Below, piece by piece: positions 31,392 through 41,309 of a stretch of DNA of 64,000 nt (positions are counted from its first letter, which is position 1; every line of letters starts with the position of its first letter). Where the stretch lies: the IMG/VR virus record IMGVR_UViG_3300021964_007043. The stretch is one strand, 5' to 3'. The stretch is from a virus. Below the pieces are notes generated by a model. It searched no databases. It was not told the origin of the DNA and saw only the letters and a program-made list of their open reading frames with translations. The position numbers were made by a program, and so were the translations under genes.

Positions 31392-32810
31392 TTTTTTGCC
31401 TCTTACTTTTTTAAGTTCTGTAATCCAAAATCTAGGTGCCCGATTTGCATAATATAGATATAACTCTTGATTGTAGTCAAGTGTATCTTGCATTTCTTCC
31501 CACATAGTATCACACTCTTGTATAGACATATTGTCTATACGCCTAATAACACGCATGATTTTTTCAATATGTATTTTAACATCACCTTCTTCTGCAAAAT
31601 CTTCGTTCCACCAACGATCGAAAGTTTTGAATCCTAGTCGATGTAACTCGTCATATAACCCGGGATTAGCACTTGTAATAAACGGACGTCTAGCAAGTAT
31701 AGGTTTACATATTTTTTCTGTTATAAACAAATCGTTATGATATGGGCCTTCTCTTTCGTTATATGTTTCACAACTTATATCTATAAACGCTCTAGAATAA
31801 TGTGTTGGATTTGGCAACCAAAACCATTTTAAATGATGATAGTCGATATTTCCTTCTTGTATTTCTTTTGGAAATGTATTAATAGGAAGTTTATGGTATA
31901 ACTCTATCATATTTTCGATATCAGTTCTGTGATAGTGCGACCTTTTGAACAATCTTTGCTGATATGCTTGGTGATATTGCATTATTTCTTTTATTTCTAC
32001 TTCAGGATCAACCATATCAGTGGGTTTTGATATTTTCATCCACAAGTGTTCAGGTTGTACTATTTTTTGTAGTTTTGACAGGTAAGTATATCTAGCAGGA
32101 CGAAATCTTCCTGAATAACACAAAAATCTTCCTTTTTTAAACAAGGGCTTTCTTTTAGATAATCTTATTATTTCGTTTATATGCTTTTTAGTCATTGTAT
32201 AAGATACAAACTGCATCCAATGACTGCACGAAAGAAATACTAACCAATCTGGAATATTATATACTGAGTTTTCGTATATTGATTTTGTGTTTGCATGAGA
32301 ATCTAAGAACACAAATCTGTTTTCTAGTTTGAATTCTTTACGTTTTACTATTAAACTTGGTATTGTAACAAAGTCTCTGCTACTTACTGCTTTTGCTTCG
32401 TGAGCATCATGAAAAACTATAGCACAATCTTTATGTTTCTGCAACCATTCTATTGTTTCGTTGGGCAAGTTTCCAAAAGGACAAAGGTTTTTGTAAGTAA
32501 AAACTTGGTCATCGTTTGCAACCAATCTAATAGGAAATATGTTTATATCTTTAGGATCATAGTTTCTAAAATCTTTGTTGATAAATCTTACTTCAGTTTG
32601 TGTATAAAAGTCTACCCAACTATGCCATTCAGGATCTGATCTAAAACTATATCTACCAATCTCGTCTTCGCTTTTGTTATCATCCATTTCTCGTATAGTC
32701 TGTAGCACACTCATAGTTTGGAGTTTTTTCCACGGGAAATAGTTTGACAAATGTTTGTCAATATGGGGATTAGGTATATCGGATACGTACCATTGAATAA
32801 CTTTACTCAT
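31383..32810 (-). CDS. Glycosyltransferase-like protein (GT-B / GT10-exostosin-like C-terminus)
   Basis: AFIDISCETY...FITEKICKPILARRPFI...LHRLGFKTFD resembles the TEK motif of GT10-like proteins. Start moved from 32840 to the ATG at 32810, downstream of CATAAATA. Confidence 0.45.
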   Translation of the reverse strand: MSKVIQWYVSDIPNPHIDKHLSNYFPWKKLQTMSVLQTIREMDDNKSEDEIGRYSFRSDPEWHSWVDFYTQTEVRFINKDFRNYDPKDINIFPIRLVANDDQVFTYKNLCPFGNLPNETIEWLQKHKDCAIVFHDAHEAKAVSSRDFVTIPSLIVKRKEFKLENRFVFLDSHANTKSIYENSVYNIPDWLVFLSCSHWMQFVSYTMTKKHINEIIRLSKRKPLFKKGRFLCYSGRFRPARYTYLSKLQKIVQPEHLWMKISKPTDMVDPEVEIKEIMQYHQAYQQRLFKRSHYHRTDIENMIELYHKLPINTFPKEIQEGNIDYHHLKWFWLPNPTHYSRAFIDISCETYNEREGPYHNDLFITEKICKPILARRPFITSANPGLYDELHRLGFKTFDRWWNEDFAEEGDVKIHIEKIMRVIRRIDNMSIQECDTMWEEMQDTLDYNQELYLYYANRAPRFWITELKKVRGKKLI

Positions 32811-32817
32811 GCTTAGA

Positions 32818-32825
32818 TATTTATG
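32818..32825 (-). promoter_or_regulatory. T4-late-like box CATAAATA, 7 nt before ATG
   Basis: Minus strand reads CATAAATA-TCTAAGC-ATG. No SD. Confidence 0.5.
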
Positions 32826-32852
32826 TGCGTATATAACCATGAATGTTTGCTA

Positions 32853-32881
32853 TTGACAAAACCACCAATAAGTAGTATAAT
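32853..32881 (+). promoter_or_regulatory. Perfect sigma70 promoter TTGACA-17-TATAAT, leaderless
   Basis: -35 at 32853-58, -10 at 32876-81. The ATG at 32887 is only 5 nt downstream. Confidence 0.9.
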
Positions 32882-32886
32882 AAGTT

Positions 32887-33561
32887 ATGTTTGATATTGT
32901 CTTTATTTCATACCAAGAACCTAATGCTGACGAGAACTGGAACCGTCTTATTAAACGTTTCCCTACAGCAAAACGTATACACGGTGTAAAAGGTATACAC
33001 CAAGCACACATTGCAGGTGCTAAACAGTGCTGGACTAAAATGTTCTGGATTGTAGATGGTGATGCACATATAGTTGATGATTTTGATTTTAGTTTTAAGC
33101 CACACAAATGGAACTTAGATACTGTTCATGTATGGCGTAGTCGTAATCCGATTAACGATATGGAATATGGTTACGGAGGTGTAAAACTATTTCCTACACA
33201 ACTTACTATTGACATGGATACTAGCAAGCCTGATATGACAACTAGCATTAGCGACAAGTTTTGTGCAATGCACGATGTAAGTAATATTACAGCATTTAAT
33301 ACTGCACCTTTTGAAACTTGGAAAAGTGCGTTTAGAGAATGTTGTAAACTGTCTAGCAAAATCATAGACAGACAAAAAGATAATGAAACACAAGAACGGT
33401 TACATACTTGGTGTACAGTTGGCGAAGATAGACCTTTCGGCGATTATGCTATTAAAGGAGCCAAAGCAGGCGCAGCATATGGTGCAAGAAATAAAGAAAA
33501 TATAGACAAGCTAAGAGAAATAAACGATTTTGACTGGCTAATGGAGAAGTTTAATGAATAA
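32887..33561 (+). CDS. GT-A-like glycosyltransferase
   Basis: FDIVFISYQEP...RIHGVKGIHQAH...FWIVDGDA (DxD). Paralog of 27503. Confidence 0.55.
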   Translation: MFDIVFISYQEPNADENWNRLIKRFPTAKRIHGVKGIHQAHIAGAKQCWTKMFWIVDGDAHIVDDFDFSFKPHKWNLDTVHVWRSRNPINDMEYGYGGVKLFPTQLTIDMDTSKPDMTTSISDKFCAMHDVSNITAFNTAPFETWKSAFRECCKLSSKIIDRQKDNETQERLHTWCTVGEDRPFGDYAIKGAKAGAAYGARNKENIDKLREINDFDWLMEKFNE

Positions 33562-34405
33562 AGAAAATACACTAAACTGGGTTCGAGGACTGTCTTCATT
33601 TTTAGAGTTTGACAACGACTTAGAATCTAAAAAGTTTATCGATTTTTTAGAGAAGTCCATGTATTCCGAAAACAATATTATTGATACAACTAATCAAGCA
33701 GGCATGGTTGAGTTTATTAGTGTGCTTCGTAAGTTTGCTCCTAATCCTATATTCGATATATTCCACAAATATTATAGATCAGGTCAAGATCCAGCAGCAT
33801 TACAAGATGCATTCAGTAGAGGACAAGTATTAAGTAAAATATGGCTTTCGCAAGAGTTAGCTAAAATTGACCAAAAAGATTTTCATACTATTTTTATACT
33901 TGCCGGCTGGTTTGGTCAAACAGTAAAGTATCTTGATAAATCTGGTATATCATATAGTTGTATAAGAAACTTTGATATTGATCCAACTGCTTGTTGGGTT
34001 AGTGATAAGATTTTTAACATAGACAAGATTGAAGGGTTCACTGTAAAAAGTTCCGAAATGGACATCAATGATCTAACTACTCTTCATCAAAATGGATTGG
34101 AGTTTTCTTTAAAAAACTATACTTCCGGAAAAGTTATCGTAGAAAAAAGATTTCCAAGTTTGATTATTAATACTAGTGCAGAGCATTTTAAAGAAGATTG
34201 GTATAACAAGTTTGTAACTAGGACGACAGAAAGTGATCCATTATATATTATTCAGTCAAACAATCTTTTTACTATCAAAGAACATATAAACTGTGTACAT
34301 AGCCTTGATGAAATGTTAAAAAAGTTTCCAATGAGTAGACTATATTATTCCGGAGAAAAAGAACTATACGGATATAAAAGATTTATGTTAATAGGAAGAC
34401 CATGA
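33554..34405 (+). CDS. Class I SAM-dependent methyltransferase-like protein
   Basis: IFILAGWFG (motif I), RNFDIDP (acidic motif II), IINTSAEH. Confidence 0.6.
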   Translation: MNKENTLNWVRGLSSFLEFDNDLESKKFIDFLEKSMYSENNIIDTTNQAGMVEFISVLRKFAPNPIFDIFHKYYRSGQDPAALQDAFSRGQVLSKIWLSQELAKIDQKDFHTIFILAGWFGQTVKYLDKSGISYSCIRNFDIDPTACWVSDKIFNIDKIEGFTVKSSEMDINDLTTLHQNGLEFSLKNYTSGKVIVEKRFPSLIINTSAEHFKEDWYNKFVTRTTESDPLYIIQSNNLFTIKEHINCVHSLDEMLKKFPMSRLYYSGEKELYGYKRFMLIGRP

Positions 34406-34629
34406 ACATCGACGATCTAACTCTTAGAGAGCTTCAAAAAGAAAGTGCCAGAGCACTGAGTACAATGGAAGCAACAAATAATAACATTTATCAGTTTAAT
34501 AAACTAGCACACCATAACAGTCAAAACTGGTATAAGGCTGTTATAGAATGGTATGTAGAGCAGTATGGAGATTTGCCAAGTCGTATTGGACCTGCTAAAG
34601 ATATAAAACTAGTCTTTGACGAGGAATAG
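34402..34629 (+). CDS. Small hypothetical protein (75 aa)
   Basis: ATGA overlap with the upstream gene, GGAAG SD, ordinary globular composition. Confidence 0.7.
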   Translation: MNIDDLTLRELQKESARALSTMEATNNNIYQFNKLAHHNSQNWYKAVIEWYVEQYGDLPSRIGPAKDIKLVFDEE

Positions 34630-34633
34630 ATAG

Positions 34634-35368
34634 TTGAAAAACGTTTTAATACTCGGGTGCAGTCACTCTAGAGGAAGTTATAGTTTAAGTAATACTATAC
34701 GAGATAAAGGTGAAGAATACACTGCCTTTAATCTTGGAGGATGGTGGGCACATTGTGACTATATTAAAGATATGAACAAACGCATATACGCTGGAGGAGG
34801 AGTAGGTTGGTTTTGGTATGCTGAAGTTATATTATCGATATTAGAATCTCAAACTTTAAAATACTATGACATGTGTATAATACAAGAAACTATTGAACCA
34901 AGATTTCATATTTCTAATCAAACTGAATGCACCAAAGAAAAATATAAAGACTTTAATGCTGAGTTAATAGATTTTAACGTAAGTGTAAACTCTTTCTTTA
35001 GTAATCAATTTCAAAATATGGATTATATAATAAAAAGTCAGTTTCCTAAAACACACATTAGTAAAGATTTTTATGTAGCTATATCTGGAGAATCAAATAC
35101 ATATAAAACTGCAACTTATCTTTCTAAACTTTTTGTTTCTAATCTTATGCAAGAATATCAAATACCTACATATACATTTCAAATGGGAGACAAGGTAGGA
35201 ACTAGCGATTATTTTATAGATCTTGAACTTACAAATATGTACGAAAAGTCTACAATAAAAGAAAGAACATCGGATGCTCACGGCGCCCACTTAAATATAC
35301 ACGGAAATAAAATATTAGGAAATAAAATAAGCAACGCACTGAGAAAAAAGCAAAATGTACGAATATAA
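34634..35368 (+). CDS. SGNH hydrolase/acyltransferase-like protein
   Basis: TTG start with GAGGA SD. VLILGCSHSRG (block I Ser) and C-terminal DAHGAHLN. Confidence 0.5.
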   Translation: MKNVLILGCSHSRGSYSLSNTIRDKGEEYTAFNLGGWWAHCDYIKDMNKRIYAGGGVGWFWYAEVILSILESQTLKYYDMCIIQETIEPRFHISNQTECTKEKYKDFNAELIDFNVSVNSFFSNQFQNMDYIIKSQFPKTHISKDFYVAISGESNTYKTATYLSKLFVSNLMQEYQIPTYTFQMGDKVGTSDYFIDLELTNMYEKSTIKERTSDAHGAHLNIHGNKILGNKISNALRKKQNVRI

Positions 35369-36431
35369 AAATATAAAAACAATTCATTTAGAAGTAACAC
35401 AAAACTGTCAAGCCAGTTGTCCTATGTGTGATCGAAATATGAACGGCGAAGGCGTTAATCCGCATATTAATCTTGATGAGCTTACACTTGAAGATTGCAA
35501 ACGTATTTTTGAACCTGATTTTATTGCTCAACTTAATACAATGTATATGTGCGGTAACTTAGGAGATCCTATTGTTGCACGAGATACATTAGAAATATTC
35601 CGTTACTTTAGAGAACATAACCCTAATATGTGGTTAAGCATGAATACAAATGGAGGAGCAAAAGATGAAGCGTGGTGGAGTGAACTGGCCAAAGTCTTTG
35701 GCAGGATGGGTGCTGTTATTTTCAGTGTGGACGGTCTTAGGGACACTAATCATATATACAGGCAGGGTGTTGTCTGGGACAATGTAGAACGCAACATGAA
35801 AACTTTTATCAATGCCGGCGGTAGAGCCCGTTGGGACTTTTTAATATTTGAACATAATCAACACCAAGTTGAAGAAGCAGAAGCTCTTGCCAACGAGTGG
35901 GGTGTTGAAAAGTTTATGAAAAAGAAGACTGGAAGATTTATTGACACAAAATCAAACAAAAAAGAAAAGCATCAAGCCAAAGACCGTAAAGGCAAAGATA
36001 CAGCAGAGCTTAAAAAGCCAGAAGAAAAATACCAGAATAAAGCTCTTACCAAGCAAGAAACAATACTCAAGAAATACGGCAGTATGGACGCATATTATGA
36101 TGCAGCTCCTATCATTTGTAAAGTTAAAAAAGAAAACAGTTTGTTCATCACAGCAGAAGGACTAGCATTGCCTTGTTGCTGGACTGCTGGACGTATGTAT
36201 AAATGGTGGAATGAAAATCCTTACCAAGAACAAATATGGAGATTCATTGATTTATCGGGTGGTAAAGAAAAACTTGATGCACGTAAAGGATTAAAAAATG
36301 TATTCGGTACTGGAATTTTTAATCGAATAGAAAAAAGTTGGAATATAAATAGTTGTAGTTCAGGTAAACTAAAAGTATGTGCTATGAAGTGTGGTGCCGA
36401 GTTTGACCCCTTTGCAGAGCAGTTTAAATAA
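35355..36431 (+). CDS. Radical SAM protein with C-terminal Twitch-type cluster
   Basis: CQASCPMC, CGNLGDP, MNTNG. C-terminal CKV...ITAEGLALPCCW...C...C...C. Confidence 0.9.
   Translation: MYEYKNIKTIHLEVTQNCQASCPMCDRNMNGEGVNPHINLDELTLEDCKRIFEPDFIAQLNTMYMCGNLGDPIVARDTLEIFRYFREHNPNMWLSMNTNGGAKDEAWWSELAKVFGRMGAVIFSVDGLRDTNHIYRQGVVWDNVERNMKTFINAGGRARWDFLIFEHNQHQVEEAEALANEWGVEKFMKKKTGRFIDTKSNKKEKHQAKDRKGKDTAELKKPEEKYQNKALTKQETILKKYGSMDAYYDAAPIICKVKKENSLFITAEGLALPCCWTAGRMYKWWNENPYQEQIWRFIDLSGGKEKLDARKGLKNVFGTGIFNRIEKSWNINSCSSGKLKVCAMKCGAEFDPFAEQFK
36424..36430 (+). promoter_or_regulatory. T4-late-like box TTAAATA, 8 nt before ATG
   Basis: TTAAATA-AGTACAGT-ATG(36439). No SD. Confidence 0.45.
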
Positions 36432-36438
36432 GTACAGT

Positions 36439-37842
36439 ATGACTAAGAATATATCCCCAACATTTTGTGCTCTACCTTGGATGCATTTAAGTAGTAGACC
36501 AGACGGTAAAATGCGTACCTGCTGTACGTCAAATGCAAGTTCAGTACAAGATCCAGATAGCAACAAAAAAATAGGTGGCGGCGAAGTCGGCATTGTAAAA
36601 AATGATGACGGTATCCCCGCTAACTTTAACCATACAACATTAGAAGATGCATGGAATAGTTCATATATGCGTAATGTGCGTAAAATGATGTTGCGCGGCG
36701 AAAAACCTGCAAGTTGCTTAAAGTGCTATAAAGAAGAAGAAGCAGGACACCTTAGTAAAAGAAACTGGGAAACAGAATACTGGGGTCATAGATATGACTT
36801 ACAGCAACTAGTTGATGAAACTAAGGAAGATGGCAGTATTCCTCCTAAGATACGCTACATAGACCTTAGAATGGGTACAAAGTGCCAACTAGCATGTGTT
36901 ATGTGTAGCCCGCACGATAGTTCAGGATGGATTAAAGAATGGCAAGACATCTATCCACAGATGCAAAATGAAAAACTTAAAAATACAAGTGCATGGGAAA
37001 ATAAAGGACGTAATCACGGCGCAAGTTATAACTGGCACAAAAATAATCCAAGATTTTGGAAGGAACTTATGGAACAAGTTCCACATATGTATCAGCTATA
37101 TTTTGCTGGTGGAGAAAGTTTAATCATTGATGAACATTACGATTTACTAGAAGAATGTATTCGTCAAGGATACGCAAAGAACATTGAACTACGTTATAAC
37201 TCAAATGCAGTCGAATGGAGAGATGATTTGTTTGACCTTTGGGCAGAGTTTAAGAGAGTACGGTTTCATTATAGTATAGATGCGTTTGGCGAACAAAATG
37301 ATTATATTCGTTATCCTAGTAAATGGGATCATCAAGTTGAGCAAATGTGGAAGCTAGACGCCACAGGTGACAACGTCGAACTAACTTCAGCAACTACTAT
37401 TATGGCACTTAATGTTGCTTACATTCCTGAGTTTGTAAAATGGAAAACACAAGCAGGATTTAAAAAATGGAATAAATGGCCTTTAGGAGCAGGAGGCATT
37501 AACATGCATTTTGCATATTGGCCTCCGCAACTTAACTTGAAAGTTTTACCACAAAATGTGAAGCAAAAGATTACAGAAAAATATGAAAAAGAGTTTTATC
37601 CTTGGATAGAAGAAAATTGGGATCAGTTTACCGGAGTAAAGGAAGCAGGAATCGACAAAGAAACATTCCTAACTGCTAACTATGGATTAAAAAGATTTAA
37701 AGGTATTATTAACTTTATGAATGCTGAAGACTGGAGCGCAAGGCTTCCAGAAACTAAAGAATATTTAACCCTTGTAAATAAACAAAGAAACTGGGAAAAT
37801 AAATTTTTAGAAGTATTTCCGATATTTGAGGACATTATGTAA
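36439..37842 (+). CDS. Radical SAM protein with N-terminal Twitch domain
   Basis: FCALPWMHLSSRPDGKMRTCC...CLKC, then KCQLACVMC, YFAGGES. Start moved from 36391 to the ATG at 36439. Confidence 0.9.
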   Translation: MTKNISPTFCALPWMHLSSRPDGKMRTCCTSNASSVQDPDSNKKIGGGEVGIVKNDDGIPANFNHTTLEDAWNSSYMRNVRKMMLRGEKPASCLKCYKEEEAGHLSKRNWETEYWGHRYDLQQLVDETKEDGSIPPKIRYIDLRMGTKCQLACVMCSPHDSSGWIKEWQDIYPQMQNEKLKNTSAWENKGRNHGASYNWHKNNPRFWKELMEQVPHMYQLYFAGGESLIIDEHYDLLEECIRQGYAKNIELRYNSNAVEWRDDLFDLWAEFKRVRFHYSIDAFGEQNDYIRYPSKWDHQVEQMWKLDATGDNVELTSATTIMALNVAYIPEFVKWKTQAGFKKWNKWPLGAGGINMHFAYWPPQLNLKVLPQNVKQKITEKYEKEFYPWIEENWDQFTGVKEAGIDKETFLTANYGLKRFKGIINFMNAEDWSARLPETKEYLTLVNKQRNWENKFLEVFPIFEDIM

Positions 37843-38813
37843 TGGAAAAAATAAATCAGATTGATTATTTAGACAATCGATTAAAAAACCATCTTTTATT
37901 TGATATAAATTTAGGAAATCTATGTGTTTGGGCTTGTAGCTATTGTCCTGCTGGTTCACATGACGGAACAATGCCTTGGATCCCAGCAGATGATTTAACC
38001 AAGTTTCTTAAAAAAGCAATGAGGTTTTATACTGAATCTCTAGGTAAAGATGTTTTTATTTTTAACTTTTTAGGAGGAGAAACATCTTTATATAAAGACT
38101 TTAGTACTATATGTGCAGCAATAAAAGAAGAAGCTGAAATATTAAATGTTAATACACAAGTTGAGTTTATAACAAATGCATATAGAAAGATAGACTATTG
38201 GAAGAAAAATGCTCCATATTTTGATGTGGTAAAAGTTACTCATCATGCTGAAAATGCTAAAGCAGAGCATAGTACCGAAGTTTGCGATACATTAATCGAA
38301 CATGGTTGCCATGCTAATATATCTATTCCTATGATACCTGACTTATGGGATAAATGCATAAGTGATATTGAAATAATGAAACAAAGTCGGAATAACTTCC
38401 ATATAGAAGCTAAAGTTTTGCTTAAAGATTTTGATACAGATCCTTATGACTATACTCCTGAGCAGTTAACTATATTTCAAAAACCTGTTAGAGCAGGAAG
38501 TGCTAATCCTAAAGATAGATATTATAGGATTTCGAGTATTAATAACGAAACTAAAAAAACTGCTCCTGGAACTATTATGTCAAACGGATTAAACTATTTT
38601 AAAGGTTTCGAATGTTGGGCTGGTGTTGATATTTTAAAAATTAATAATAATGGATCTTTAGCATTAGGGGGTAAATGTCCTGTAAAAACTAAAGGATTAA
38701 CAGACAAAACAATATACGACGAGGATATTAGTTTTTTGACTCAGCCGATAGTTTGTACGGTTGATAGATGTACATGTCTTCCTGATATCAATACAAGGAA
38801 GCGTCGGTTATGA
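37842..38813 (+). CDS. Radical SAM protein with C-terminal Cys cluster
   Basis: LCVWACSYC, FLGGE, FITN. C-terminal CWAG...C...C..C.C. Paralog of 45093. Confidence 0.85.
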   Translation: MEKINQIDYLDNRLKNHLLFDINLGNLCVWACSYCPAGSHDGTMPWIPADDLTKFLKKAMRFYTESLGKDVFIFNFLGGETSLYKDFSTICAAIKEEAEILNVNTQVEFITNAYRKIDYWKKNAPYFDVVKVTHHAENAKAEHSTEVCDTLIEHGCHANISIPMIPDLWDKCISDIEIMKQSRNNFHIEAKVLLKDFDTDPYDYTPEQLTIFQKPVRAGSANPKDRYYRISSINNETKKTAPGTIMSNGLNYFKGFECWAGVDILKINNNGSLALGGKCPVKTKGLTDKTIYDEDISFLTQPIVCTVDRCTCLPDINTRKRRL

Positions 38814-40096
38814 CTAAAAAACATGTAGAACAAGCAAAAAATAGCAAAACATTTTGTCTTCTACCATTTACACACATGGCAACTAAAACAGATGGCGATT
38901 TAAAGTTATGTTGTAGAAGTTGGCCTATTGGAAATATTAAAGATATTTCGATTAAAGAGTTATGGAATAGTGAAAAATATAAAGAAGTTAGGGAAAAGTT
39001 ATTAAAAGGAGAAAAACCTCAGGAATGTCATGCATGCTGGCGCCACGAAGAAATTGGTGTTCGAAGTATGCGACAAAGATATAATAAAACCCGAACAGAA
39101 AGATTTATTAATAATCTAGAAAGTTTAGATGACGAATACAATATGCCATTTAAAATTCCTGTTATTGAAGCAAAGTTAAGTAACTTTTGTAATTTAAAAT
39201 GTAGAATGTGTCATCCTTTAGATTCTACTAGTTGGAGTAAGGATTGGAAAAGTATTGAACATTTGATGGAAAATGCAAATGGTAGTACATACAGAAAAGT
39301 TAAAGAATATGATCTAACTTCTAAACCTTATATAAGTGCATTTGATGATAATAAGGGATTCTGGGAAGAGTTTGAACTATTAGCACCTTTTATAGAAAGA
39401 ATCGAATTTGCAGGCGGCGAACCTTTAATAGATCCTATACACTATAAGATTCTTCATATTTTAAAACCTTACGGAGAGAATATAGGTATAAAATACAGCA
39501 CAAACTTAACTAAACTAAACTATAAAAAAGATAGTATTGAAGAACTTTGGAATCATTTTCAGTCTGTAAATGTTATGATTAGTATCGACGGCACATACGA
39601 TGTATACGATTATATTAGACAACTTGGTGATTATTCTGAAGTTAAAAAAAATATTATAAAGATTGGAAATCATCCTAAGATTACATTTTTAGGAGCAGCA
39701 TGTACGTTACAGATTTACAATAGTTTTCATATACCTGAAATATTTGACGAGTTTACTGAAGAACTTAATATCGAAATACACACACATCGTGTAAACTATC
39801 CTATGTTCTTAGATAGCAGAGTAATACCTTCTAATCTTAGAAAAAATATAGTAAAAGATTTAGAAAAATACTTAGAATCTATTCCTACTAAAACCCATAA
39901 AAACTGGACTCATAATAGAAAGCGTAATGCAATGCAACACATGCAAGATGCTATAAACATGTTAAATGGCGGTGATATGAGCGACCAAATTCCTTATTTT
40001 ATAGAATATAGTGATAAACTAGATCAGGTACAAAATGTTAAAAAAACTTGGAGAGAGTTACTTCCGGAGTTAGCAAAAGAGGTAGATAATGTCTAA
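38810..40096 (+). CDS. Radical SAM protein with N-terminal Twitch domain
   Basis: FCLLPFTHMATKTDGDLKLCC...CHAC, then FCNLKCRMC, FAGGEP. Confidence 0.9.
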   Translation: MTKKHVEQAKNSKTFCLLPFTHMATKTDGDLKLCCRSWPIGNIKDISIKELWNSEKYKEVREKLLKGEKPQECHACWRHEEIGVRSMRQRYNKTRTERFINNLESLDDEYNMPFKIPVIEAKLSNFCNLKCRMCHPLDSTSWSKDWKSIEHLMENANGSTYRKVKEYDLTSKPYISAFDDNKGFWEEFELLAPFIERIEFAGGEPLIDPIHYKILHILKPYGENIGIKYSTNLTKLNYKKDSIEELWNHFQSVNVMISIDGTYDVYDYIRQLGDYSEVKKNIIKIGNHPKITFLGAACTLQIYNSFHIPEIFDEFTEELNIEIHTHRVNYPMFLDSRVIPSNLRKNIVKDLEKYLESIPTKTHKNWTHNRKRNAMQHMQDAINMLNGGDMSDQIPYFIEYSDKLDQVQNVKKTWRELLPELAKEVDNV

Positions 40097-41309
40097 TACT
40101 TATTGCCCTTTACCTTGGATGCATATGTCTGCAAAAACAAATGGCGTTGCAAGAGCATGCTGTTTAGCAAAATCGCTACAAAAAGAAGACGGATCTAACT
40201 ACCGCTTTGGCACAGATAGTTTAGAAAGTATTTACAACTCTCCGCATATGAAAAAAATAAGAAAAGAAATGCTTTCAAATAAAAAACCTGATGCATGCTC
40301 TTTGTGTTGGAAAAATGAAGAAGAAGCTAAAGTAAGTAGACGGACTAAAATACTTAACGATATACAAAATCCTTTACTTGATATAAAAACAGCTATGTCC
40401 TATACTGAAGAAGACGGAACATCAAAGTTTAAACCTACTTTTTTTGATTTAAGATTTGGAAATGTTTGCAATCTAAAATGTACTATGTGTCATCCGTCTA
40501 GTAGTAACTTTTGGTATTCTGATTATGTTCAGTTAAATAACCGGATGTCATATTTTGATGAAGGCGTTGAGATTAAACTTAAAAAGCAAGGTAAAAAATA
40601 TATAGATACTACAAACTCATACAAGTGGTATGAGGATGAAGGGTTTTGGAAAGATTTAGAATCTTATTCGGCTAATATAGATACATTGTATTTTGTAGGC
40701 GGCGAACCAATGCTTATTGAAAGACATTTTAAATATTTAGAATATTTTGTAGAAAAGGGATTAAGCCATAATATTACAATACAATATGATACAAATCTAA
40801 CAATGCTTTACGAAAAATACATTAATATCTGGAAAAACTTTAAAAAAGTAGAACTTACTGCAAGTATAGATAGTTTAGAAGACAGAAATAACTACATAAG
40901 ATTTCCTAGCGACTGGAATAAAATTGTTAAAAATATTTCAAAAGTAAAACAAATAGAAAATATACGTGTAGCTATTTCTTATACTTGGCAAATACTAAAT
41001 GCTTATAATGTTATAGATATGCTTGACTGGGCAACTGAACAAAAAGTTAAAGTTAGTTTTAGAATACTCAGAGTACCCGAAATGTATGAAGTAAAAATAC
41101 TTCCTATTAAGAATAAAAAAGAGTTAGTAAAAATGTATAGTTCAAGTGTTTATAAACAAAAACTTTTACATTTGATAAACTATTTAGAATCAAATATGGA
41201 TTATGAAAACAAAGAATCTTTAGATTTGTGTTTTGAAACTTTATCTAAACTTGATAATATCCGTAACACTGATTATAAAAAAACCTTTCCTGAACTTAAA
41301 GGACTATAA
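40089..41309 (+). CDS. Radical SAM protein with N-terminal Twitch domain
   Basis: YCPLPWMHMSAKTNGVARACC...CSLC, then VCNLKCTMC, YFVGGEP. Confidence 0.9.
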   Translation: MSNTYCPLPWMHMSAKTNGVARACCLAKSLQKEDGSNYRFGTDSLESIYNSPHMKKIRKEMLSNKKPDACSLCWKNEEEAKVSRRTKILNDIQNPLLDIKTAMSYTEEDGTSKFKPTFFDLRFGNVCNLKCTMCHPSSSNFWYSDYVQLNNRMSYFDEGVEIKLKKQGKKYIDTTNSYKWYEDEGFWKDLESYSANIDTLYFVGGEPMLIERHFKYLEYFVEKGLSHNITIQYDTNLTMLYEKYINIWKNFKKVELTASIDSLEDRNNYIRFPSDWNKIVKNISKVKQIENIRVAISYTWQILNAYNVIDMLDWATEQKVKVSFRILRVPEMYEVKILPIKNKKELVKMYSSSVYKQKLLHLINYLESNMDYENKESLDLCFETLSKLDNIRNTDYKKTFPELKGL

